Shown here piece after piece: positions 38,892-53,300 of a DNA stretch of 64,000 nt. The translations under genes were made by a program, and so were the position numbers. The stretch is from Parasitella parasitica NRRL 2501. Taxonomy: Eukaryota > Fungi > Mucoromycota. The stretch's first letter is position 1; each line of letters starts with the position of its first letter. The notes below the pieces were generated by a model. That model saw nothing but the letters and a program-made list of their open reading frames with translations, did not search any database and was not told the origin of the DNA. The stretch is taken from the NCBI GenBank assembly GCA_025201805.1, contig MU619277.1, forward strand, positions 162,054-226,053, given 5' to 3'.

Positions 38892-41055
38892 CTAGCTGCT
38901 TTCGACTGCTGCTGCAGGCTCCAGCATTTTGAAATGAGCACCTTGACGAACATACAATTGGAGCTGAGCATGATATTCATTCAAAACACGCGATGCGTCA
39001 GGTGCAGAGACCAGTGTCTGAATAATGGCATATTTCCAGTTCTGAGCAATTGATTGTAAGTACCCTGTGTGAGTTGCTGCTATCAAGTTTTTACCTGTCC
39101 CTGCTCGGTGTTCTCTGTTGATCTATTCAAAATATAATCTATGAATTCGTTTGATTGCGCCATCAACTACTGTATATATCAACACTTGTTTTAATATCAA
39201 GCAAATTATAGCAATATTACCTGAACACCCCAGGCATGATATGCAATCGCTTGCATAACAGCAAAAGATGCGACACGAATGCTATCTTCAGGCTGCTTGG
39301 CCTCCTTAATTATACTTAATAAAGTAGAGGGCCGTCCTACAGCAATATCAGCGATGAATTCACCATAAATTTATGGTTATTACCTTGAATCCTTTCGTAA
39401 ATGTTCATTGTTGCTATCTCCACCTGTTCTGTACCATTTCTAACATGACAACAATAAAAAAAAAGGGGGGGGGGGAAGAGGGGATGACTCTCTTGAATTC
39501 TATTTCTCTTTCCATTACACAACATACCTCACTGAAATCATTTTGGATATGCTCTGAAGATAGACCGCCTTCACTTGACCCACTGCAGTTTCATATCTTG
39601 AGAAAAATGTGGTCAGCAATGTATCTGATAAAAGCTTTAATCCAGCAGGATGAGAACCCACAAGTCCAATAGTGGAAATTGCAACAATCTACCATTTCAG
39701 GAATAAAAAACGTTTTTTTTTGTGAGGACAGGGGAACCCTTCGGCATGAATTCAACAAGACTTTACCAGAATTTCAATGCTTTGCGTCTCGAGGCATTTT
39801 TCAATTTTTTTCATAATATTGTATTTGTTTGACATTGCCTCAAACGGAATTTGCTAACCATGTAATCAATACCCACATATCCGCTCGATTCATCCATTCT
39901 ATTACCTCGTTTTCACCGAGATTTCCAATAAACTTGATGACAGCGCATTTTACTAGTTGTACAACCACATCAGAATCATCAGGGTTGTCTAGAATAGTTG
40001 TGATAGTGCCCAATAAGTTTGCCTTTTCTAAAAAGGATAACCCGGCAGAAGTAGTTGCAATCTATATCACCAAACATCCGTGAATTTTAGTGTCAACATG
40101 AGAGGGAGATGGATGGGGGGATAAGATGAGCTTCATGAAATTCATCTTTTTTTTTTACCTCGTTTAACAATTCAATTGCATTTATCTTCACAAGGAGATC
40201 GTCTGACTGAAGTTCTTTTATAAATACAGATAAAAGACCAGTTGAGTCGCAGGCCTCAAACGTGCTGTCTGAATAGGCTGCTACTTTAATGATCAAGTCG
40301 TACACGCGGAAGCTGATAACACCGTTACTACGAAGGAAATTAAAAGTCTGCATCGAATTTTTGTGTGTTTATCAGCGTGTACGTTACATTTGCAATAATT
40401 GCTTCAACATGGCTGTGCAGGTGGGGCTAAAGAATGCTGCCTGGCCTGATGGCATTGCTGAAATCTTGCACAATAGCTCGCTTGCTTTATTGGCTGTTCT
40501 AGCATCTTGGAATGCGATCGTAGCAACAACCAAGGGAAAAATCTCGGAATCAACCATGTTGGACACGAATGCATCAGACACTAAGCATTTAAACACTTGC
40601 TGCAAAGATAAATAACGAATAACAGGAGTAAAATGGGCCAATCCTTGCAATAAAAATTCCTAGAATCATCCAGCGTTAGTGTAGTCTGATCGCATAAAAC
40701 CAAACCATACTACTTGCCTTGTTTTCTGCAGATACAATCTGATCATACGAATATGGGTGTAATATCTTATTAATAAGCTCACACAATACAGATGTCAATT
40801 GGTCATCTTCAGCCGAAAATCCATAATAAAATAATCCAAGAGGTGCAACTTGTAAGATTTCTGCAGATTTTTCAAGAGAAAGGCTCTCTAGAAGGTTTTT
40901 AGCAAGAAAAAAAAAAACATGGCTTACACTGTTTTACCTGTCAACGAAGCTGCAAATGCTTGAAGAACTGCTATTTTTTCGTTAATAGGCACATTAACAT
41001 TGGGTTGTAGCACTTGAGATACTCGCTCAAGTGTATTGGAAGGTGCTGGGGACAT
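38892..41055 (-). CDS. PSMD5: 26S proteasome base assembly chaperone PSMD5/S5b (Hsm3-like), ARM/HEAT repeats; many exons
   Basis: FRVYDLIIKVA, ELQSDDLLVKINAIELL, and C-terminal WKYAIIQTL..LQLYVRQGAHF..PAAAVESS fit the S5b family. Exons join through short GT-AG introns. Confidence 0.8.
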
Positions 41056-41860
41056 GTTTTGAGAGATATTCTACAAAAGAGGGAGAAGAGTGGTGGCACG
41101 CGTAGTTTTAATGCCACTGGACATCAGCGAATATACGACTGCTTGCATGTTGGTTGATTTATTCATTACATGTTGGATTGGAGCCTTTGATCAATTGGAT
41201 GATTCAGTAGATGTAAACACAAGAAATGAAATATGCTGTGAAATGCTGCCGCACATACATATCACAGAATCAGAAAAAGGTCAGCATCCAGATACCCAAA
41301 GCACAAGCAGCATGCAGTTTCTGTTTGTAAATTAATATGGATATTAGAGATAATGCGAAAAAGCACCCCTATCTTTGAAAATCAAGGAAAATCAAGGGAA
41401 AAAGACCCCCTTTTACATGTACTTTTATGGAATATTTTATCGGGTCAATGTTCGTTTAAGTGGTAGTTCCATTTTCGTATTTGCTCACTTTAGTTGCCAT
41501 CAAAATTCGTCAAAGATCAAAGACATCTCACAGAGGGCTGCTGTATCACATGCTGACTGTGCAATTTTTACTTTTACCAAACCCAAGATTGGCACCAAAC
41601 TTCGGTGTCAATCAGCGTAATAGGTGGCTGGATTCGATCGGCAACATTCGATGGATTCATATCGCAATCCCTAGTACTGGTATAAGCTCATTTCAAATAA
41701 CCTTATATTACATTCCGTAGAAACTGAGATATTGGCAGAAACCAGAATATTGTATCTTGTCTAACAAAGCTTAATTATCTGGTTTTTCTCTAAATTTGAA
41801 ACAGTATGTTTATTCTATTCTCTCAAAAATTAAAATACAGTCTATCCATCGAACTCTTCT

Positions 41861-43111
41861 CTACTCCCAGGATCTTTCCTTCCACATCAATTTTTCATTG
41901 AACCCACCAATCCAACATTTTTTCAGCATAGTCAGAATACCATCCTTCTCAGCCCAGCGAGCCCTCAACCAATCTGCCAATTCATCTTCATCATTTGGTA
42001 AGTCATCAATAGCGTATTTTCTCACATTGACGTGAAACTCATATTCAGGCCATAAAGAATGGATATGAGCCCGAACCATGCTGGGTGCTTGATTCACTCC
42101 CTTGAGATTGGTAGTCTGGCGATAAGCAATAGTCAAGTCATACACATATTTGATATGAGAACCTCTAAATTCGTTGACACATGTCACAAAGCCTTTGGTT
42201 CTAGGCAGCAAAACATTGTCCATGACTGGATATCCACGTTTTCGAGAGAAATTTTGCGCTTCGTAGAGCTTTTTGGGCGTGATCCGTGATCCTTCGACAT
42301 AACTAATTATCCACGCCGGTGTCTGTAATCGCTTCATGGTCCTGAATGTTGCGTGGATTTTTTTTTCGTCTTGAGTCCAGTTACGGCGAACATAGATGAA
42401 TCCTGCAAGCTGAATTATGCGATTGTTAATTGTGTAAATTCTTTTCAGCAGCGATTTAGTTACTTTACCCACATACCCCATCCAAAGAACGGCAACTATT
42501 TTTGATTAAATCTTGGTTACTTATTGCATTCTATGCAAGCGTAAATATATCCTTCTTACGTATTTGATCGAATCTTTGACAAAATACTGATTGTTGACAA
42601 CTGTTAGTGGTTGCAAATCAAAAATATAACACGAGCACTTACTTTGCAGTTGTACAGCATATCTCTTCTGTTAGCTACTGAATGAATGAGATATATATCT
42701 GTCCATGCTTGGTGGTTGGCTAATATCAGTGCGTTTTCTTTATGAGGAATCTTGTCTCCAGAAAAGGTGATGTGTGCTTTTTTGCGCCGCTGTGTATATG
42801 ACAGATATTTTAGAAAACCCTTTGACGAATTTGCAAATGTAAAACATACTTCAAACACATACTGCATTACTTTCCACACAGTGCCCACAAGTCTGGAGTT
42901 GATTTTGACCATCAACTGCTCAGAAAATGGTCGCAGTACAAATGATGTAATTTGTATAAGGTTTAATGTTCCTGCCACACTGTTGAATGTTGTCAACAAA
43001 CATGTTCATTCTTGGATTGTTTGTATGCTATGTTGTTGTGTCTTACCCAAATAAGGATACTCCATAGAATACAGCATTGATGGTTCCTGATATTGATCTG
43101 ATAGCTCCCAT
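41861..43111 (-). CDS. Lysophospholipid acyltransferase (AGPAT/LCLAT1/Cst26-like); multi-exon
   Basis: NHQAWTD (HxxxxD), FIYVRRNWTQD, YVEGSR, VLLPRTKGF, VYDLTIAY. Confidence 0.92.
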
Positions 43112-43523
43112 TATGTTATTCCTATTTGAATAAAAAGAAAAGAAAAGAGGTTTTTAGACATGGGCACACAAATACTCTGGGGTGTAATGTACACAATATT
43201 ATTCCCCGAAACATTATGAACTTGACACCAGATCTGTGCGCAATATCTGTCAAAATCCAGAATAAACCTCAGTATTACTTTTTAATTGCCCTTACCATTT
43301 GTTGGCAAGAAATGGCCGTCCTTAACGCAATTGATGACGATAATGGTAGTATAAGGGAAGTAGTCTATTGAACGTCTACAATGCCGACATTATAGACGCA
43401 AATTTAGTTGCAAATGTAAACGATGCACTTTGCTTATTTTGAGAATGATATGTCAAATATGTATTTATATTAGGTAATAGAAGTAAATTAGCATGATAGG
43501 AGAAAGAAAAGAAACTATAAATA

Positions 43524-45296
43524 TTAATGCATCGCCTTCTCATTGTAAGAGATGATCGTGGTCTCGTTGAGACTACGAGTGCTAATGTTGTCAACGATAT
43601 GATCTTGAGAAGCAGTTCTCTTCTCTTGCTCTTCTCCTCCGTGAATAACATCTTCAGGCTCTTTGTTTTCGAAATCATATTCATCCTCATGCCAATCGAA
43701 AGGCTGGCTCTTGGCTTTGGCAACCAAATAACGAATCCAGGTAGGTAAGAAAGGACGACTCAAGGCAGCGGTCCACCAATCTTCACGCTGAGAGTAATCG
43801 GGACGAATGTAACCATGAGAGAGCTTATCAACCAGGTAAACGAAACCGTTGATGACAATGTAAGAGATGATACCACCAATGACACCATATGCAATAGAGT
43901 AGGTGAATGGCATGACAGTCAAGGTAATGAAGGCCGGGATGGCATCGCCGGGATAGTCCCAGTTGATATTACGAACGCCTGAAAGCATCATGGAGCCAAC
44001 AACAATCAATGCAGGGCCAGTAGACCATGGAGGGAAACTAGCAAAGATAGGCGAAAAGAAAATACTGACGAAAAAACCAAACGCAGTAGCAATAGCAGTA
44101 ATACCAGTACGACCACCTTCAGCAATGCCAGCACCAGACTCAACAAAAGCTGTACAGGGGGAGCTACCAAAACAAGCACCAATCGAAATAGAAGCAGCAT
44201 CAGTCATAAAGGCATAGGTGGAATGCTCAAAATCACCAGCCTTGTCAGTGAAACCACCATAGTTGGCCATGGAATACATGGTACCAGTAGTATCCATTAT
44301 ATCGACATAGAGGAAAGTGATTAAAGCAATCCAAATATCCTTTCCATTCAAATTAAAGTCAAATTTACCAAGAACATGATCCATTTTGTGCACAGAAACA
44401 ACATTCTTGAAAAAATCAAACATGAGGTCACCCTGAGTGGTATAGGGAAAGTAAGTGACAGCATTGTTACGAGGCCATGAGGTGATAGCAATGAAAACAA
44501 TAGAGATCAGAATAGCGCCACGGACGCGGTAAAGTAGTAAGATGGCCATAACGACAAGACCGAGCATACCCATATAAGTAGTGCCATTAGTCATACGACC
44601 CCATTGACAGACACCGTCAGCACTGAGAGCCTCTGGAGGACAAGCACCAAGAGTAACTAGGGTAGATAAATCAAGTCTAACAAGCCCGATACCAGCAGAT
44701 GATTGAAGACCAATAAAACAGAGATAGAGACCAATACCACAACCCATAGCAATTTTAATACTCATAGGGATGATACGAGCAAGCCATTGACGGATACCGA
44801 AAATAGACAGCACCAAGAAGATGATGCCTTCAATAAACACAGCAGCCAAAGCAGTTTCATAACTGACTTTACCAGAGCCATGATAGCCAACGACAGTGTA
44901 TGTGAAATATGCATTAAGACCCATACCAGGAGCCATACCGATGGGCAAATTGGCGCAAACACCAATCAAAAAACTGGAGATCAAAGCAATGATGGTTGTG
45001 CCCATAATCATGTCTAGTTTGACTTGATAAACACAAGCCATGTAGTCGTCATTTAAATCGCAAGTGGGATCAGTTTCTGTGCCTACACATTCACAAGTTC
45101 CACCGCTATCACTGATAATGGAAGCATTGACTGAAATAATATAAGCCATGGCGAAAAATGTGGTTAACCCAGCACGGATTTCTGTCATAAATCTTGTGCC
45201 TTTTCTTTCACGTCTGGCACCAGATCCATCCAATTGGAAGAACTTGCCGACTCGAGACTGAGCAACAAAATCATTGACACTGTCAACCCAAGTCAT
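43524..45296 (-). CDS. azgA: AzgA-type purine (adenine/guanine/hypoxanthine) permease, NCS2 superfamily; intronless
   Basis: EIRAGLTTFFAMAYII, APGMGLNAYF, DIMDTTGT, FVESGAGIAEGGRTG, MPFTYSIAYG. First ATG in a plausible context is 45296 (MTWVDS). Confidence 0.93.
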   Translation of the reverse strand: MTWVDSVNDFVAQSRVGKFFQLDGSGARRERKGTRFMTEIRAGLTTFFAMAYIISVNASIISDSGGTCECVGTETDPTCDLNDDYMACVYQVKLDMIMGTTIIALISSFLIGVCANLPIGMAPGMGLNAYFTYTVVGYHGSGKVSYETALAAVFIEGIIFLVLSIFGIRQWLARIIPMSIKIAMGCGIGLYLCFIGLQSSAGIGLVRLDLSTLVTLGACPPEALSADGVCQWGRMTNGTTYMGMLGLVVMAILLLYRVRGAILISIVFIAITSWPRNNAVTYFPYTTQGDLMFDFFKNVVSVHKMDHVLGKFDFNLNGKDIWIALITFLYVDIMDTTGTMYSMANYGGFTDKAGDFEHSTYAFMTDAASISIGACFGSSPCTAFVESGAGIAEGGRTGITAIATAFGFFVSIFFSPIFASFPPWSTGPALIVVGSMMLSGVRNINWDYPGDAIPAFITLTVMPFTYSIAYGVIGGIISYIVINGFVYLVDKLSHGYIRPDYSQREDWWTAALSRPFLPTWIRYLVAKAKSQPFDWHEDEYDFENKEPEDVIHGGEEQEKRTASQDHIVDNISTRSLNETTIISYNEKAMH

Positions 45297-45631
45297 TTTT
45301 GATTTTTTAAAAAAAAAAGGAAGAGATAAACTGGAAGAAGAGATCTTAAAGGTTGTAATAGGAATCTTCATTTGGTATTTATAGCGTCTTTCGATTTTAT
45401 TGTTGCAATTTTGATTTGATTAGGTTTAGGGATAGATGCAACAAGAGATTGGTTCTAACATACTCCGCAATTTCGGATTAGAGATGTGGTTTAACTTTTT
45501 TTTTTACAAATGTGTAACATGGTTCTTATGGTTGATACGAGTGTCTCCGTGTTATTCTATAGTATAATTAAGAATTTGTAAGTCGGAAGATATAGCAAAT
45601 CATTGATGTTCGACTTGAAGTGAAATGAGAT

Positions 45632-45806
45632 TGATAATGATATAATAGTGATATAGTTTATCATAGCATACAAAGATCGGTTATCTACATGGTACAAAAA
45701 AAAAAAGCTTATCCTCACATTTTTGGTTCAAGATTGTCTATAAGAAATGAATTGGTGTCATTATCTCACACTCTAGGTGTTTAAAGTTTGTACTCAATTT
45801 CTATCA
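45632..45806. promoter_or_regulatory. Cluster of GATA (HGATAR-like) sites upstream of azgA
   Basis: TGATAA at 45632; TTATCA at 45658; TTATCT at 45681 and 45761; TTATCC at 45709; CTATCA at 45801. Confidence 0.45.
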
Positions 45807-46552
45807 AGAATATATTGCGTACGAGTTGATCTGAAAAAACAACGTCTATATAAATATATAGTTGATCTGTTTTCTACTTCTTGTGTGGTATATTCTCTTT
45901 TCCAAACGATGAATAACAGATTGACCGGAAGTCATCTCTCGTTTGGTTCTTTTTCTTCTAAAATGGAGCTGCATTCAATAAGTGGTTTATTTCATAATTT
46001 TTTTTTGTTACTGTGAATACAAAATTTGACCATTCATTTCCGTTGGTTTTGTTCTACTTTTGGATGCTGAAAGGACCTTCTCCCTATCCATAGTTTCGAT
46101 CTGACAATTATATAAAACTCTGAGTAGCAATGGATTTATAGTAAATCTCAAAAAGGATAAAACACATGGTTTCACATTTTGTGCATCGTTGTTCTACATT
46201 TGAACTCTTCAATGTAGGAATACAATCTCAGTTTTGTTATTTCTTCATGTCTCTCTTGCACTGTACATATATCTAAGCTATCCAAAAAATCTTGGTTGCA
46301 AGTATTATATCAAGAGGAATTGACTCTATGTTTGTCTAGACATTTCTTTGACAAGATGGTGTCGATCGCAACCATAGAGACCAGGCAAGCTACCCCAACG
46401 TCACAAAGCGAAAAGAACTCTGTACACTGAGTTGCAAACATTGTCAATTTTTTCCAAGAAGCAAAAGGTGGGGACCCCTAGGCAAATTATCATTAATCTT
46501 CTTTCAAGGACAACCTGCTCTTATTTTTTTTCACCATTTACTTTCATAAAAC

Positions 46553-47540
46553 ATGGCCACCCGTGCTTTTTATAAGGCAACTTCTTCTTCCAAAGGCATA
46601 ACAGCAGCTCGCTCAAGTAATTTTAGGCATCAAAGATTAAGGATTAATGATATTAAACTTCTCTTAAAGGCCGCTTTGTTAGACCTCTGTCAACTGTCAA
46701 ATCCTTGAGACAGCCATCAGCTTCAACCGTGGATGAAAAGATTTCTCCTGAATCACTTGGTAAGGTGAGCACTGTTGTTTGCCAGCATTTTCTAACGCTG
46801 TAACAGTTCCTCCCACATCTATCCCTCTCAAAAAGTCTATCCGACAAGCAGTTGCTTCGGCAGTCGAGCCCATCACACCCTACAACATGACAATTCCCAA
46901 ATTAATAGCAGCTGGACTTCATCTTGGACACTCTACCAGTTTATGGGAACCTGCTACCCTCCCTTTCATCTTTGGTACTCGTGAAGGTATTAGTATCATT
47001 AATTTGGAGCACACCCTGGTCTATTTAAGAAGAGCTTGTAATGTTGCTCGCGAAGTAGCCCTTCGAGGTGGCTCTATCTTGTTTGTCGGTACTCGCCCTG
47101 GCTTCCAAGATTTAACTATCGAAGCAGCACGTTATTGTGATGGATTTCATGTATCATCTAAATGGATTCCCGGTACATTGACCAATAGACACCAAGTTTT
47201 GGGTCGCCATGCATCACCCGATCCAGAGGATCCTGGACGTCCACCAAAGACTTACAAGCCTGATTTGATTGTCTTGTTGAATCCATTGGAACATAAAATT
47301 GCAATTTCAGAAGCTCAATTAAACAACATCCCCATTATTGCTATCACAGACACAGATTATGATCCTCGTCTTGTGTCATATCCTATTCCTGCCAATGATG
47401 ATTCAATTAGAGGCGTAGAATTAGTTGCTAAAGTCTTGTCAACTGCTGCAAGGGATGGGCTGCATAGAAGAAAACAGCTACTTGATCAAAAGGAAAAGGA
47501 AAAGAAATTGCTTAGAAAACAACACTCTACCAAATATTAA
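46553..47540 (+). CDS. MRP4: Mitochondrial ribosomal protein uS2m; 3 exons
   Basis: LIAAGLHLGH, FIFGTREGISIINLE, KWIPGTLTN, YPIPANDDS. The Arg/Ser/Ala-rich N-terminus MATRAFYKATSSS resembles a presequence. Confidence 0.92.
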
Positions 47541-50375
47541 AAAGGATGTACAAATTATAGCTGGATTTCTCGTATATAAATTTTCAAATGTATAGAAGAT
47601 TATAAAACGCTAAAAACATTTATGGTTATATTGTTCGCTTCAATCAATGGAGATATAGGGATGGTTGTTTTTATTTTTTTACGCTTATATAATATCAAAG
47701 TACAAGAAGTGAATATATTATAACAAATATCATCAAAAAGTAGCCTCCCTATGACCTAGATTATTATAAGTAATGGCCTGGCATAATATAATTATTGTCA
47801 AGAGGTTCGCTCTATGTCTTAATAAAAATACGTTTCTTGTGCTGTGTATACATCATTTCACTGTTGCAATATGTTTGATGTACATGTGTCTAGAACAAGC
47901 CTCCAATGTTTTCTATTTTGTCGCTTTATACACAACGTTTCAATAACACGTAGCAATTCTGAAAAATCAGTTCGAAAGCAATTTAAACTTTGTATGATTT
48001 GCAACAAGTGTATGATAGATTTAGCTTATTTCAAACTGGGAATTGCCGCACTTATTATATAAATATCTATGCAGACCACCCGTGAACTTCGTTTATGGTT
48101 ATCAAACGTCAATATGAAAAATTTATTAGAGACATCATATACACAGTAGGTTTTGTTTAACTACTACTATCTTGTTGTCCCCATGTATGAGTTTTATTCG
48201 ATTTAGCTTGCTTCTCATCATTTTTATCCAACTTATTGAAAGATGTACCCAAAAAATCATATTCATCGACTTTGCTTATATGCCATTCCATGCAACTTTA
48301 TTATAAGATAGTGGCTTTATTTAGCAGAGCAGCAAAGCTTTTCATGACTAGCAACCGAGCTTATTGAGTAGTTTGATGTTGATTTGAGCATGGTTTACCA
48401 GTTGGCTAACGAAGTAGAGCTTTCGAAATTTAAGAAATTTTAGTATATTTCTCCTATTAATATGTTTTATTCATTTGATAATAATATTTAACAATGATAT
48501 TTGAAAGTTATTGATAAATTGGACTCAAATGATAACTGATAATGATGCACGGCAAAATTGTCAATACTGAACACTTCCTACACAATTAATAAAAATCTCA
48601 CACAACTCTATAACAATAATAAAGAAAGGTAGTCTATATTATCAAGCATAATTTTATAGCAATCAAACTGGAACTACATTAACTCAACATTTTTTTTGTA
48701 AGATAGTTACTTAAAACAAGCGAATATGTTAAGTTCTATCGAAAATTTCTCTGCTGCTATATTTTACCTCTTTTTCATCAGCGTCAAGCAACACTTGAAC
48801 ATACAAAATTTGGGAAATAAAAAAAAAACTAAATATATTTAAACTCCGACTCGACGTTGTTCGAAAATTTCGAAAACTTAGTTGAAGGCAATGTAATTCA
48901 AATGAAGATTGAAGATTGTCCAATGATGTGATATGATACGCTTATGTAAACTAGAGAATGAAGTCTCTGTTTCAAATCAAGAAGGTTATTCCTGTAAGTA
49001 ACGCAGATTTGAGCACTAGGATAAAGGTTAAGGTAATGTCAGATCAAAGACGTGTAGCCTTTGCTGTATAACCATACATCGTACCCTGTCAAATAGATTG
49101 TCACTGTGAATTAGTCTTGTCAATTAGTAATCTAAATAAGTCTCCATGAATTTATGTAGTTGTAAAAAGTATAAATAGCAGATGCAATTTCGATCTCATA
49201 TAAAGTATCTTAAAATTTTCACATCTTATTAACTTTTGTCTCTATTATCTTTTTTGATCCAACAATAGATCCGATTTGGTACAGTTGCCATGACCAACAA
49301 ATCATAACAATTTTAACCATTGTATTCAAGGGATACCACACAGACTTATCCCCACACCCTTATTGCCTTATATTTTTTGTGTGTTGCACCTGAGAAGCAT
49401 GAATAATATTTGTAAGTGGCCTGAATTATAAAAGTATAGCTGCTTCTGACGGGAAGCCTTTCATATAATTAAGCGACCTGTTAAATTTATATACATGTGT
49501 ATCAAATAGTCTTATTTATAACATTATGCATCAAAACATATACATTTCATTTTCTTCTGAATGACAATCTGGTTGGGTGGATTTACTTGGTTGTCAAATG
49601 TGACAATAACAATCATATCACAAAAATGTCGAGAGTAGCTCGAATTTAAGATTTTCTATCCGTATATTTGCCGCTTGTTATCAATAATATATCTACAGCG
49701 GACGTTGTGAATTGCAATATGTGTGATGTTTTTGACCTATACATTGCATAAACGACCGTATGCAGTAATACATTTATTTGAACCTGACACCTGGGGTTAT
49801 ACTGCGATCCAGCGTTAATGAACAGTGCCAGCCCTCGGTGCGCTTTTTTATTGTTACTTTGTAGCGCTTTGGTAAGTTTCTCAACATTCAACGTAGTTGA
49901 ATGAAAACATCCATTAAAGCAGTGTAAAGTAGCTTAGTTTAGTTCTTTATAACGCTTTATTTCATTAAATCTACTAAAACAAGTATCCTTTATTTTTTAA
50001 TACTTATTTCTACTCAGATAATGAGTCTATAAATCTTTTGCTTGCAGCTCTCGTGTTGATATGATCTGTCAATAGCGTGCTGTCATCCAATAGCACCAAA
50101 CTACTGCAGTATAGGCAAAAAAGGAAATCTATAAATATGATCCATAAAGAGTTGCTGTACATTTTAAAATTAGTATAGGATTTTTACTCTTTCAGCCTCT
50201 TTTGTATGTGTGTTATATTCAAATAGCATGATGCCTTGATAGCTGAAGTTCACTGCTTCTGATGTATCAACAGTCACTTGGTAAAAAAAAAAGTTTTCAA
50301 AAAGGGAGATGTCCCTTTCTCGTTTTTTTTTTTTTTTTTTTTTTTTTTTGAACCAGCAAGAAATTAAGTTACAAA

Positions 50376-53300
50376 ATGGACCAAAATACAGCTTATCAGT
50401 TATTTGTTGCCACCTATCACCCCGATCCAAATGTTCATAAGCAGGCAGAACTAAATATTAGAAATGTAAGTTTTCTTCTTGTTTCTGTTATCGTGGGTTT
50501 GAAGAAAAAGGCATTTACATGCTTTTTTTTTGTTGTTATTAGGTTGAAGCTAATAACGGTTTTTTGCCTATTGTTTTGCAAATCATTGCTTCTGAAGAAC
50601 TTGATGTGGGCGCACGCCAAGCTGGTAAATAAGTATATAAAAAAAAGGCTCTCTCGCTCCCACGACTGATGTAAATATTGTTGATAGCTGCCATTTATTT
50701 TAAAAACCGTTTGAATAAAGCCTGGGATGGTGAACGTGAATCTGCAGTACCTATTAATAATGACGATCGTAGCATGGTCAAGCAAACGATTCTACAAGCG
50801 TTAATTACTGCTCCTAGCCAAGTCAAGTATGTTTTATATACACATTGGTTGTGTTGATTTATTGATCTAGTGAGATTTTTTTATAGGGTGCAACTTACTT
50901 CTACCTTAAACACCATTTTAACCAACGATTATCCAGACAACTGGCCCAATTTTGTTAGCGAGCTCGAGAGACTTTTAACGTCTACCGATCTTCGTTTAGT
51001 CTATGTTGGTTTGTTAGCTTTGCGTGAGGTTGTTCGGGTTTATCAGTGAGTTTTCAATTTAAACAATGAAAATTGTAAAGTTATTAACTTTTTTTTGTCC
51101 CACAGATGGAGAACAGGCACCAAACGTGAACCTTTTAGACAATTGATCAAATTGACTTTCCCCGCTATCCAAAATATTTGTTCTGGGCTCGTTTCCTCTG
51201 ATAGCATAGAAGCAGCCGAGATGCTTAAATTAACTCTCAAGATCTACCATGCTGGCATTCAAGCTGAACTTCCCAAAAGCCTTCAAGATCCCAATTCTCT
51301 CGTACCTTGGGGCACCTTGTTTCTGCAATTAATCGAAAAACAGATTCCTAACGAAGCATTACCTACGGATGCTGATGAACGCGAACGATTCCCATGGTGG
51401 AAAACGAAAAAATGGGCGTATCACTGTCTTAATCGTCTCTTTTCAAAGTATGGTAATCTCGCCACCATGCCTCGTAGCACGCCTGAATACAATGCGTTTG
51501 CAAAGTCATTCTCTGCCAATTTCGCACCCAACATTTTGCAAGCCTATTTAGCCCAAATTGAATTGTGGATCAAGAAAGAAATCTGGATTCCTAGTAAATG
51601 TTTGGCCTTGACATCCTCTTTTTTTGCTGATTGTGTCAAAAACAAGACCACTTGGCAAATGCTGAAGCCTCATGTCGAATTGTTGATAGCTCACTTTATT
51701 TTTCCACAATTGTGTTTCTCTGATGAAGATCAGGAACTTTGGGATGAAGATCCTGTTGAATATGTTCACAAGAAAGTGGATCCCTTGGAAGATTTCCATT
51801 CACCTCAAACCAACGCCATGAACTTTTTAATTGATTTGGCTCGCGATCGTAAAAAATATACGTTTATGGGTATTTTGAACTTTGTCAATAGTGTTCTCAA
51901 CAAATATTTGGAAGCTCCTGAAGATCAAAAGAACCCCAAGGAAAAGGACGGTGCTCTGTGTATGATTGGTGGGTTAGCCTACCAAGTGCTGCAGAAGAAA
52001 TCTCCAGTCGCCAGTATGATGGAGCCCTTCTTTGTAACTCATGTGTTCCCCGAATTCAAGAGCAAGTATCCCTTCTTGAGAGCCCGTGCCTGTGATCTCA
52101 CAAGACACTTTAGCGATTTGGATTTCGCCAGCGAACAGAATCTGGCTACTTTGTATCAATGCGTTATTGAATGTATCCGGGATTCTGAATTGGCCGTCAA
52201 AGTACAAGCCGCTCTTGCTCTGCAGCCCATGATTCGCCACGAAAGCGTTCGCAATGCTATGGCCCCCAACTTGCCCTTTATCATGCAAGAATTACTGAAC
52301 TTGACCAACGAAATTGACATTGACACATTGGCTAACGTGATGGAAGAATTCGTTGAAGTATTTGCCGAGCAATTAACACCTTTTGCTGTCCAACTCTGCA
52401 CACAATTGCGCGACACTTTCTTACGTATTATGGAAGAATTGAACCAAAGCAACACATTAACCAGTGCTGATGATGACGAATTTACAGGCGATATCGACGA
52501 ACTGAGTGATAAAACTATGGCTGCTATGGGTGTTTTGAAGACCATTGGTACATTGATCCTCAGTCTGGAAAGCACACCTGAAATACTTCAACAATTGGAA
52601 AATGCACTGCTGCCTGTCATCACGTACACTTTGGAAAAAAAGATTCTGGATTTGTACGATGAAATCTTTGAAATTATTGACTCTTGCACCTTCTCAGCCA
52701 AGCGAGTTACACCTACCATGTGGAGCGTCTTTGAATTGATCTACGCAGCTTTCAAGGATTCCGGCATTGACTATATGGAAGAAATGCTGCCTCCTTTGGA
52801 CAACTATATTTCTTATGGTAAAGACGTGTTTGTCTCTAACGAGCATGTTCAGCGCATGATGTTTGATATCATTGATACTGTCATGAAGAGTGATCGTGTT
52901 GGGGAAACTGACCGCATCTGTGCCTGCAAACTGATGGAGTCCGTCTTGTTGAATTGCCGTGGCCATGTTGATATGTGTCTTGGACATTTCCTCAATTTAG
53001 CGTTCCAATACATATTTACTGGATCTATGAAAACGACTGAATTCAAGGTTCACTGCATCGAAGTTGTTGTCAACTGCATTTACTACAACCCTGCCTTGAC
53101 ACTGCGACTTTTGGAAGAAAACAACTGGACTCAAGGTTTCTTTACTTTGTGGTTTAACACTCTTTCCAAATTCTCTCGTGTTCATGACAAGAAACTCGTT
53201 ATTGTCGCACTCTGTTCATTGCTGGAATTGCCTACAGATTTGATTCCTGCATCGCTCCAGTCAGGGTGGTCTCAAATTTTAGCTTGTATGCTTAGTGTAT

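Noticed and set aside
47600-50200. 2.6 kb AT-rich gene-free region as a possible centromere or TE relic
   Set aside because: No flanking LINE ORFs, recognisable motif or terminal repeats were seen.
50301-50349. AAAGGGA/TCCCTTT hairpin followed by T27 before the importin start
   Set aside because: Poly(dT) tracts are common in promoters and leaders here; it is not a terminator.
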